This document shows positions 56,689 to 64,000 of a stretch of DNA of 64,000 nt, piece after piece (the first letter of the stretch is position 1; each line of letters begins with the position of its first letter). Source of the stretch: Gammaproteobacteria bacterium (GTDB lineage Bacteria; Pseudomonadota; Gammaproteobacteria; JABABF01); contig OZ250153.1 in the NCBI GenBank assembly GCA_965237805.1, positions 832,001 through 896,000 on the forward strand, written 5' to 3'. The notes under the pieces are model-generated. The model was not told the DNA's origin, ran no database searches, and worked only from the letters and a program-made list of their open reading frames with translations. Both the position numbers and the translations under genes were made by a program.

Positions 56689-58197
56689 ATGGCCAAAGCC
56701 AGCATCAACCCTTGGGTGCGCCGCTTCGAGGATGCCGATAGCCCCCACCTGAGCGCCGAGGTCGTCATCTGTGGCTATGGTGGCGCCGGTGCATCCGCCG
56801 CGCTGGAGGCCAGGCGCGCCGAAGCCGATGTGCTGGTGCTGGAGCGGGCTGCCGGTGGCGGCGGCTCCACCGCCATGTCCAGCTGTGAGATGTACTTGGG
56901 CGGCAGCGGCGGCACCCGTCTGCAACAGGATATCGGCCTCGAAGACTCCACCGAGAACATGATCGCCTATCTGCGGGAGTGCTTCGGCCCACAGGGTGAT
57001 GAAGAGCGCATCCGCCGCTACGCCGAGGGGGCCGCCGAGCACTTCGACTGGGTGGAATCCCTCGGTGTGCCCTACAAGCGGGCCGCCTTCCTGGAGCGCA
57101 CGGTGGTGCCGCTGAGCGATGAGTCGCTGCTGTTCACCGGCAACGAGCGCGCCTACCCCTTCAACCGCATCGCCGAGCCGGTGCCGCGCGGCCATGTGCC
57201 ATCCAAGGAGGGCGACGAGGGCGGGCGCATGTTCATGCAGGCACTGATGGCCGCCGTGGTGGCCGAGGGCGCACGCGTGGAGCCCAACGCCCGCGTCCTC
57301 GCCCTGTTGCAGGACGACAGTGGTCGGGTGCGCGGGGTGGTGGCGAAGATCGACGGGGCCGAGCGCAGCATCATCGCCAGCCGTGCGGTACTCCTCACGG
57401 CTGGCGGCTTCGTCATGAACCAAGAGATGATCGAGCGCTACGCCCCCGAGGTGCTGCCTTACGGCGTGCCGTACGGCAACCAGTGGGATATGGGCGACGG
57501 CATCCAGATGGGCATGGCCGCTGGTGGCAACACCATCAATATGAACGAGTGCTTCCTCAGTTTCGCCTTCTATCCACCAGCCAAGCTGACACACGGCCTG
57601 CTCGTCAACGGCAACGGACAACGCTTCATCAACGAAGATGCCTACCTCGCCCGCCTCGGCCACTACGCCGCCCTGCAGCGGGGGCAGGAGGTCTACTTGC
57701 TGGTGCAGAACGAAGACTACGAGCCGACGATGTACATGGAGAGCACGCGCATGGCTGGCACCGGCGACACCATCGCCGAGGTCGAGGAAGAGTCGGGTCT
57801 GCCACCGGGCTCGCTGCAGGCCACGGTGAGCTACTACAACGAACATGCCGCCCGCGGTAAAGATCCACTGTTTCACAAGACTGAGGACTGGGTCAAGCCG
57901 ATCGACAAGCCGCCCTACGCGCTGATCAGCTACAGCCCGCAGGATGTCAAATATCAGCTGGGCGACCGCCCCGGCTACCTGATGTTCACCTTGGGGGGAC
58001 TGGAGGTGCAGCCCACCGGGGAGGTGCTGAGCCCGACTGGCACGGTCATCCCCAGCCTCTTCGCCGCCGGTCGCACGGCGGCGGGGCTGCCGCGCACTTC
58101 CGAGGGCTACGGCAGCGGCATGTCGGTGGGCGATGCCACCTTCTTCGGGCGGATGGCCGGGCGGGCGGCGGCGGCCAATGCCGTAGCGATGGGCTGA
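56689..58197 (+). CDS. FAD-dependent oxidoreductase, 3-ketosteroid dehydrogenase-like
   Basis: GYGGAG, GGGSTAMS, LTAGGF, GQRFINED, TLGGL, LFAAGR, FFGR; FAD_binding_2 family. Confidence 0.8.
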   Translation: MAKASINPWVRRFEDADSPHLSAEVVICGYGGAGASAALEARRAEADVLVLERAAGGGGSTAMSSCEMYLGGSGGTRLQQDIGLEDSTENMIAYLRECFGPQGDEERIRRYAEGAAEHFDWVESLGVPYKRAAFLERTVVPLSDESLLFTGNERAYPFNRIAEPVPRGHVPSKEGDEGGRMFMQALMAAVVAEGARVEPNARVLALLQDDSGRVRGVVAKIDGAERSIIASRAVLLTAGGFVMNQEMIERYAPEVLPYGVPYGNQWDMGDGIQMGMAAGGNTINMNECFLSFAFYPPAKLTHGLLVNGNGQRFINEDAYLARLGHYAALQRGQEVYLLVQNEDYEPTMYMESTRMAGTGDTIAEVEEESGLPPGSLQATVSYYNEHAARGKDPLFHKTEDWVKPIDKPPYALISYSPQDVKYQLGDRPGYLMFTLGGLEVQPTGEVLSPTGTVIPSLFAAGRTAAGLPRTSEGYGSGMSVGDATFFGRMAGRAAAANAVAMG

Positions 58198-58206
58198 GGC
58201 GCAGCC

Positions 58207-58677
58207 ATGCCGCAATACTTCGAGGACATCACAGTCGGCGGGCCACCGCGAGAGTCGACGGAGTCATACAAGGTCAGCGCCGAGGAGATCAAGCGCTTCG
58301 CCGCCGAATTCGACCCCATGCCCTTCCACCTCGACGAGGAGGCCGCCGCTCAATCAGCGATGGGTGCGCTGTGCGCCTCGGGCATGCACACCATCGCACT
58401 GGCGCTGAAACTGGCCCACAAGATGTCGCAGAACACAGATAACGGGCGCGCCGTGTTGGCTGGCTTGGGCTGGGATGAAGTGCGCTTCATCGCGCCAGTC
58501 TTCGTCGACGACGAGCTCCGGGTGCGCGCTTGGGTCTGCGACAAACGGCCATCGCAAAGCAAGGCCGACCGCGGCATCGTCAGGACGCGGATCGAGATCT
58601 TCAAGCAAGACGGCACCGTCGTCGCCCACTACACCGCAGCCAGCCTGATACGGCGACGCCCACCGGCGCAAAGCTGA
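58207..58677 (+). CDS. MaoC-family dehydratase
   Basis: YFED, FAAEFDPMPFHLD, ASGMHT, VRFIAPV. Confidence 0.88.
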   Translation: MPQYFEDITVGGPPRESTESYKVSAEEIKRFAAEFDPMPFHLDEEAAAQSAMGALCASGMHTIALALKLAHKMSQNTDNGRAVLAGLGWDEVRFIAPVFVDDELRVRAWVCDKRPSQSKADRGIVRTRIEIFKQDGTVVAHYTAASLIRRRPPAQS

Positions 58678-58714
58678 GGCAGTGCAAATGCCGCACGGCA
58701 TGTCGGCGGCGCTT

Positions 58715-59581
58715 TTAGAAGTGGCGGATCAGCTGCTCGGCGATGCGCTCCAGATGGCGCTTCTTATCGTCTAGGCTCGAGCGCTTGCCCAGCGCAAAAC
58801 TGAATGGGTAGCACACGGTGCTGGTCATGCCGTGACCAGCCATCTCCTCGAGTAGCGTCGGCGTCAACTCCGCCTGCAAACCGATCATGCTGTCGAAGGG
58901 CAGCTGGCCGCGACCGGCCTCCTCGCGCCAACCATCCAGCCGCGCCATCAGACCAGGCACCTCTGCGGGCGTGTTGCCAGCACCGATCCAACCGTCTCCG
59001 AGCCGCGCCGCACGGCGCAAGGCCGCCTCGCTGGCACCGCCGATGTAGATCGGCGGCGGTTCAGCGGGCACCGGGCTCAGCTGCACCCGCGGGAAATCAA
59101 AATGCTCGCCGTGGTGCTCGACCATGCCACCGCGCCACAGCTTGCGCAGTACTTCGATCATCTCGTCTGTGCGTTTTCCGCGACGGTGAAAATCGACGCC
59201 GTAGATCTCGAACTCCTCTTTCATCCAACCGATCCCGACACCCAAGACGAAGCGCCCCCCACTCAGGATCGCCAAGGTAGCGGTGGCCCGCGCCACCTCG
59301 TGTGGATTGCGCGCTGGCAACACATAGACGCCGGTCGTCAACCGGATGCGCCGCGTCACCGCCGCCATTGCCGCGATGCTCACCCACTGGTCGGGATACT
59401 CATCCTCCGGGCGCATCGGCGGCAAGCCGTTCTCGGAATAGGGGTAATCCGGGGCGATAGTCTCGGGGTAAACGGCGTGGTCGCCGCCCATCAGGCCGTA
59501 AAATCCCAGCTCCTCGGCGCAGCGGGCAATGCCGGGCAGCTGCTCGGTCTCGACCCACGTGACGGCCTGCCAAAATCGCAT
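58715..59581 (-). CDS. LLM-class (luciferase-like, putative F420-dependent) oxidoreductase
   Basis: AEELGF...DH, SGGRFVLGVGIGW..EE, IYIGG.S.AALRRAARLGDGW. Confidence 0.85.
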   Translation of the reverse strand: MRFWQAVTWVETEQLPGIARCAEELGFYGLMGGDHAVYPETIAPDYPYSENGLPPMRPEDEYPDQWVSIAAMAAVTRRIRLTTGVYVLPARNPHEVARATATLAILSGGRFVLGVGIGWMKEEFEIYGVDFHRRGKRTDEMIEVLRKLWRGGMVEHHGEHFDFPRVQLSPVPAEPPPIYIGGASEAALRRAARLGDGWIGAGNTPAEVPGLMARLDGWREEAGRGQLPFDSMIGLQAELTPTLLEEMAGHGMTSTVCYPFSFALGKRSSLDDKKRHLERIAEQLIRHF

Positions 59582-59651
59582 GGAGAATCTCCCTATCACC
59601 CCCACTCGCCCCTAAATTATGCATGGCGAGCTGGGGGAAACTGCTCGCAGC

Positions 59652-60893
59652 CTAGCCCGAGTGATGGACGCGATAAACCAACCCGGCGGCGTCGTCGCTG
59701 ATCAGTAGCGAGCCGTCCGGCAACACAGCGACATCGACGGGGCGCCCCCAAGTCTTCTCGCCAGCGCGCAACCAACCTTCGATAAAGATCTCCGGGCTTT
59801 GCGCGCAGCCATCGCGCACCGGGATGAAGGACACACGGTAGCCGACCGGCACGCTGCTGTTCCACGAGCCGTGCTGTGCAAAGAAGATGCCGCCGCGGTA
59901 GCGCTCGGGGAATTGATCGGCGTTGTAAAAGCGCATGCCGAGCGCGGCCGCATGCGCTTGCAGCTCGGCTCGCGGCAACTCGAAGCTGTCGCAGGAGCGG
60001 GCGATGGCCGGGCTGAATTTGGGATCGGCAATGGCGCGGCCATGGCAGAACGGGAAGCCGAAATGCAAGCCCTCGAAGGGTGCCGAATTCAATTCGTCTG
60101 GCGGCAGTGTGTCACCCAACAAGTCGCGGCCGTTGTCGGTAAACCAAAGCACATCGTCATCCGGGTTCCAGTCGAAGCCCACCGTGTTGCGCACGCCGCG
60201 CGCGAAGACCGACAAATCGCTACCGTCGGGGCGCATGCGTAGGATGGAGGCAAAGCGCTCGTCATCCACGCGCAGACAGACATTGCATGGCGCGCCGACT
60301 GGCACATAGAGATAGCCGTCGGGGCCAAAGCGGATGAACTTCCAACCATGGTGGCCATCAATGGGGAGGTCGTCGCGCACGACAACCGGCTCTGGCGGGT
60401 CTTCCAAGCGAGCGGCGATATCGTCGTAGCGCAGGATGCGGGAGATCTCTGCCACATAGAGCGCGCCGTCGTGGTAAGCCACCCCGTTGGGGGACTGCAG
60501 ACCGGTGGCGATGGTCAGCACGCGCTCGGCGCGGAAATCGCCGTTGGCGTCGACCATGGCATAGACATTGCCCTCTTTGCGGGAACCGACGAAGACCACG
60601 CCCTCAGGGCCGGGAGCCAACGAGCGTGCCCCCGGCACATCCAAAGCGTAGAGGCTGAGATGAAAGCCGTAGGGAATCTCGAGGACAGCGATGCGCTGCT
60701 CGACTGCCAGCGCGTGGGATGGGGGATCCAGCGTAGGCACGGAGATGCGCACCGGATGCGGTATCGGCGACGGGGCACCGAAAAAGATGATGGCAAGAGT
60801 CCACACCAAGGCAACCGCGGCTACCAAGCCCGCGATCAAGAACGCATTTTTGCGGTCGGTGACGGGGAAGCGCCTCCTGCTGTGCCCAATCAC
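59652..60893 (-). CDS. PQQ-dependent sugar/sorbosone dehydrogenase-family beta-propeller protein
   Basis: N-terminal TM, HHGWK, GAPCNVC, GVRNTVGFDW, HGSWN, GRPVDV. Confidence 0.88.
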   Translation of the reverse strand: MIGHSRRRFPVTDRKNAFLIAGLVAAVALVWTLAIIFFGAPSPIPHPVRISVPTLDPPSHALAVEQRIAVLEIPYGFHLSLYALDVPGARSLAPGPEGVVFVGSRKEGNVYAMVDANGDFRAERVLTIATGLQSPNGVAYHDGALYVAEISRILRYDDIAARLEDPPEPVVVRDDLPIDGHHGWKFIRFGPDGYLYVPVGAPCNVCLRVDDERFASILRMRPDGSDLSVFARGVRNTVGFDWNPDDDVLWFTDNGRDLLGDTLPPDELNSAPFEGLHFGFPFCHGRAIADPKFSPAIARSCDSFELPRAELQAHAAALGMRFYNADQFPERYRGGIFFAQHGSWNSSVPVGYRVSFIPVRDGCAQSPEIFIEGWLRAGEKTWGRPVDVAVLPDGSLLISDDAAGLVYRVHHSG

Positions 60894-60973
60894 AGGGAGC
60901 TCCTAGGCAAACACGGTGAATGGCTTGTAATGGACTAGTGTAGCGCGAGCATAGCACCATCCGGTGTCCGCGC

Positions 60974-61918
60974 TCACAGCCGCCGCAACAGCTCCAAGGC
61001 CACCTCGGCCAACGCTTGGCCACGCTCTTCTTGAACAAAGTGACCGGCACCCGCTATCTCCACATGGGGCTGCCCCTGCGCACCGGGCACCCGGTCGCGG
61101 AACACCGCCTCCCAAGCCTTGGTACTTGGGTCACCATCGCTGAAGGCGGTGATGAAGGGGCGTTCCCAACGCTCCAGCACGCGCCATACGGCACGGTTCT
61201 CCACCGTGCCCGGCATGTCCTCACGCACCGGAATCAGTCCGGGAAAGACCAATGCCCCAGCCTTGTAGGCAGCGTCTGGGAAGGGCGCAGCATAGGCTCG
61301 TATCACCGCTTCTGACAGAGGCTGGACGCTGGCTCCGGCAACGATCTTCGCCACCGCCATATCCTCGGCACTGGCCGCGAAATCGACCCAGTTCTGCACC
61401 ATCGCGCCAGGCCAGTCCGCCACGCCACGAGGCGGTGGCTCACAGTTGGGCAACAGGGTGTTGGCGGCGATAACACCGGCGAAGCGCTCGGGCATCGCCG
61501 CCAAGACGCTGAGGCCGATGGGACCGCCCCAGTCCTGACACAGCAACACCACTCGGCTGAGATCCAAAGCCGAGACGAACTGGCGTATCCAGTCGATATG
61601 GCGCCGATAGCTGTAGTCTGAGCGCTGCCGCAATTTGTCGGAGCGGCCGAAGCCGATGTGGTCGGGTGCCACGGCGCGGAAGCCAGCCGCCGATATCGCC
61701 GCCAGCTGCCTGCGCCAGGCGAAGCTCCAGCTGGGCTCTCCGTGCAGCATCAAAACGGTCAGGGAATCCTCAGGGCCAGCGTCCACATAATGCATCCGCA
61801 GGGGGCCAAAATCCGGGTCGGCCAGCTCGAGATAGCAGGGGCGGTAATCGAAGTCCGGCAAGCCCTCGAAACGCTCATCGGGGGTACGCAGAGCAGCCGC
61901 CGAAAGAGCGCTGTCCAT
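60974..61918 (-). CDS. Haloalkane dehalogenase
   Basis: LRTPDERF, HGEPSWS, GFGRSDK, QDWGG (Asp nucleophile), AYAAPFP, GHFVQE. Confidence 0.9.
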   Translation of the reverse strand: MDSALSAAALRTPDERFEGLPDFDYRPCYLELADPDFGPLRMHYVDAGPEDSLTVLMLHGEPSWSFAWRRQLAAISAAGFRAVAPDHIGFGRSDKLRQRSDYSYRRHIDWIRQFVSALDLSRVVLLCQDWGGPIGLSVLAAMPERFAGVIAANTLLPNCEPPPRGVADWPGAMVQNWVDFAASAEDMAVAKIVAGASVQPLSEAVIRAYAAPFPDAAYKAGALVFPGLIPVREDMPGTVENRAVWRVLERWERPFITAFSDGDPSTKAWEAVFRDRVPGAQGQPHVEIAGAGHFVQEERGQALAEVALELLRRL

Positions 61919-61940
61919 ATCAATAGCTCCGGGCTCGGGC

Positions 61941-63194
61941 TCAGCTGGCCGCTGCGCTTGGCGCGTACTGACTCGGCAAGCGCAGAAACAGCAGCAACAC
62001 CGCGACAGCGGCACTCAGGTAGAGGTAGCTTTGGAAGGCGAGTTGGTAACTGCCCGTGCTGTCATAGCACCATGGCACGAAGAAGATGCCGATCAGGTTG
62101 GGTGGCATCAGCACCACGCTCTGCAAACCCATCACTTGGCCGAGGGACTCGCTACCGTAGCACTCGGCGAGGAGCGCACCCCACAGCGGCAACAGGCCGC
62201 CGAGGGCGGCACCGAAAATCATCGCGCCGACAACCAGGCCAGCGAAGCCCGGCGCACGCATTAGGATCAGCAGGAATATTGCCAGCATGGCAATGGCTGC
62301 CCACATCAACAAGCGCTTGTCGATGCGGTCGGAGACGGTGCCAAACACCAGCTTGCCAGCGATGCCGCACAGCGACAGGATGGAGATCAACAGCGCCCCG
62401 CGCTGAGCCCCCACGCCGAACTCGGAGACGATGGGCACCAAATTGGGAATGGTGCTGCCAGCCATCGCCATCATCGTACCGATGGCGAGGCCAATGACCC
62501 AAAAATTGGAGTCGTGAGCGAGCCGTGCGAAGGTCCAGCCGCCCGGCGGCAGCCCGGTGGGCGGCGGCGGTTCGTCTGCGCCGTCCTCATGCAAACCGAT
62601 ATCGGAGGGCTGGTTATGGATAACCCACCAAATCGTCGGTGGCACCACCACGAGCAGCACAATACCGCTGGCGATCAGCGCCCCGCGCCAACCCCAAGCA
62701 ATGATGGCAGCGGCGATCAGCGGCGGCGCGATGAAGCCGCCGATAGAGGTGCCGACGGCGCTCAGACCGAAGGCGCGGCCACGCATGCGAGCAAACCACG
62801 CGGAGACCAGCTTGGAAGCGGGGACGGGGCCCAGCCCCAGCATGCCCGCCGCGGAACCCAACACGAAGAGCAGACCGATGGCCGGGAGCCACGAGAGCAA
62901 CCCCATGACGATGTAAGACAGGCCCATGCTGGCAGCCCCCAGCACCATAACGATACGGATCGGGTTGCGATCAAGGACGCGACCGATGAAAGGCGCGACG
63001 GCAGCGGTGATGAACATCTGGCCGATCAGGCCGAGCGACAAGGTGCTGCGCGAGACGCCAAACTCCACGATCAGCGGCTCTTGAAACAGGCCGAAGACAT
63101 AGCTGGTCAAGCCGACGGCAAAGCTCTGAGTGAGCATGACTGTGGCGACGATGCGCCAGCCGTAGAAAAAGTGTGCAGAGGCGTGTGAATTCAT
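61941..63194 (-). CDS. MFS transporter
   Basis: About 12 hydrophobic segments, FYGW N-terminus, GRVLDR and SDRIDKR loop motifs. Confidence 0.9.
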   Translation of the reverse strand: MNSHASAHFFYGWRIVATVMLTQSFAVGLTSYVFGLFQEPLIVEFGVSRSTLSLGLIGQMFITAAVAPFIGRVLDRNPIRIVMVLGAASMGLSYIVMGLLSWLPAIGLLFVLGSAAGMLGLGPVPASKLVSAWFARMRGRAFGLSAVGTSIGGFIAPPLIAAAIIAWGWRGALIASGIVLLVVVPPTIWWVIHNQPSDIGLHEDGADEPPPPTGLPPGGWTFARLAHDSNFWVIGLAIGTMMAMAGSTIPNLVPIVSEFGVGAQRGALLISILSLCGIAGKLVFGTVSDRIDKRLLMWAAIAMLAIFLLILMRAPGFAGLVVGAMIFGAALGGLLPLWGALLAECYGSESLGQVMGLQSVVLMPPNLIGIFFVPWCYDSTGSYQLAFQSYLYLSAAVAVLLLFLRLPSQYAPSAAAS

Positions 63195-63198
63195 AGTG

Positions 63199-63624
63199 CT
63201 ATGTCCGCTGTATGGTGTGATGCCCCACAGCATTAGCTGGCGGGATGAAGTTCTGCTGCGGGCTATGGCGATGCGGCAGACGCAACAGTAGCACCAGCAC
63301 TACAACCACAGCGCTGATCTTCAGATAAGTGTTGCAGGCCAGATCGTAGCTGCTCATGCTATCGAAGCACCATGCCACAAACAGCGCCCCCAAGATATTG
63401 GGTGGTAATAGTAAAGGGCTCTGCAAGCCCATGACTTGGCCAAAGGACTCGCTACCGTAGCACTCGCCGATCAGCGCCCCCCACAGCGGCAACAGACCGC
63501 CAAGGGCAAAGCCGAAGACATAGCTGGGGAGGCCGATGTTGAGGCCTTGGCTGAGCATCACCGTGGCGACAATCCACCAGCCGTAGAAGATGCGGGGAGG
63601 CGTGGGGGAAGCGGTGTTCATCAC
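63199..63624 (-). pseudogene. Tandem MFS paralogue with an in-frame internal deletion (first TM fused to the last three TMs)
   Basis: FYGWWIVATVML...SYVFG joined directly to FALGGLLPLWGALIGECYGSESFGQVMGLQS, matching both ends of the 61941-63194 protein. Confidence 0.85.
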
Positions 63625-63716
63625 AATTGCCCCTTTTTAGATGGTGGCAATACACGCGACAGTGCCAGCCACTGAGATCGCCACCAAGAAGCGATATATG
63701 GTCGATGCGGGGGCAG

Positions 63717-64000
63717 CTAGCCCACCAACCAGTCTGGGTGCAGCGTCTCGACCATACGGCGTATGCCGTCGCGCCATGGCACTTGCGCCGGCCCGACCAG
63801 CTGCTGCATGCGTTGGTTGGAACTCATCACGCTGTCAATGGTCTGGTCGGTCTCCTCGAATGCCGGTGCCAATCCCGTCAGCTCGCCCAAATAGGCACAC
63901 CACTCTTGGATCGCCACATGTTCCTGCCCGCACCAATTGATGGTCGGGGCTGGCACGCTGGCCGCCGCCAGCATCCCCGGCACAGTGCGGCAGATGTCGT
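63717..64000 (-). CDS. NAD-dependent epimerase/dehydratase-like protein (C-terminal part only)
   Basis: INWCGQEHVAIQEWCAYLGEL...WRDGIRRMV resembles an extended-SDR C-terminus; 5' end outside window. Confidence 0.6.
   Translation of the reverse strand, partial: DICRTVPGMLAAASVPAPTINWCGQEHVAIQEWCAYLGELTGLAPAFEETDQTIDSVMSSNQRMQQLVGPAQVPWRDGIRRMVETLHPDWLVG

Noticed and set aside
50160-56690. attR duplication of the tRNA-Pro 3' end, or an integrase for the island
   Set aside because: No convincing repeat of the tRNA 3' end and no integrase found by eye, so the island is not called a mobile element.

Overview
GC-rich gammaproteobacterial chromosome segment. The accessory content (steroid/aromatic-type oxidoreductases, haloalkane dehalogenase, cadherin-like repeat protein, IS1595 with a methyltransferase) suggests a marine, possibly host-associated lineage; this is inference only. 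1-16.8 kb: conserved fabZ-lpxA-lpxB-rnhB-dnaE-accA-tilS-pyrG-kdsA-eno-(MaoC, thiolase)-ftsB-ispD-ispF-pcm run. 17.6-23.0 kb: one ~1,780-aa secreted repeat protein (9 Cys-paired CARDB/Ig-like units plus 2 cadherin-like modules) split by three +1 frameshifts. 23.3-41 kb: gltB, a 38-aa lipoprotein, gltD, hemE, modABC, comF, bioB-bioF-bioH/bioC fusion-bioD and an acyl-CoA dehydrogenase. 41-50 kb: a dehydrogenase operon interrupted by an AT-rich insert (internally deleted IS1595 transposase, MTase-REase fusion, TerB/BRCT-like gene). 50.1-56.6 kb: a tRNA-Pro-adjacent, defence-like island and the best candidate for an undescribed system. It holds a Pro-rich 49-aa peptide coupled to a SLATT-like gene, an Och1(GT32)-Anp1(GT62) fusion glycosyltransferase with two decayed copies, three tandem KAP-NTPase paralogues (one truncated) and an hsdR relic. 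56.7-64 kb: catabolic oxidoreductases, a dehalogenase, an MFS transporter and an internally deleted MFS paralogue. All calls come from manual motif reading; no searches were run.
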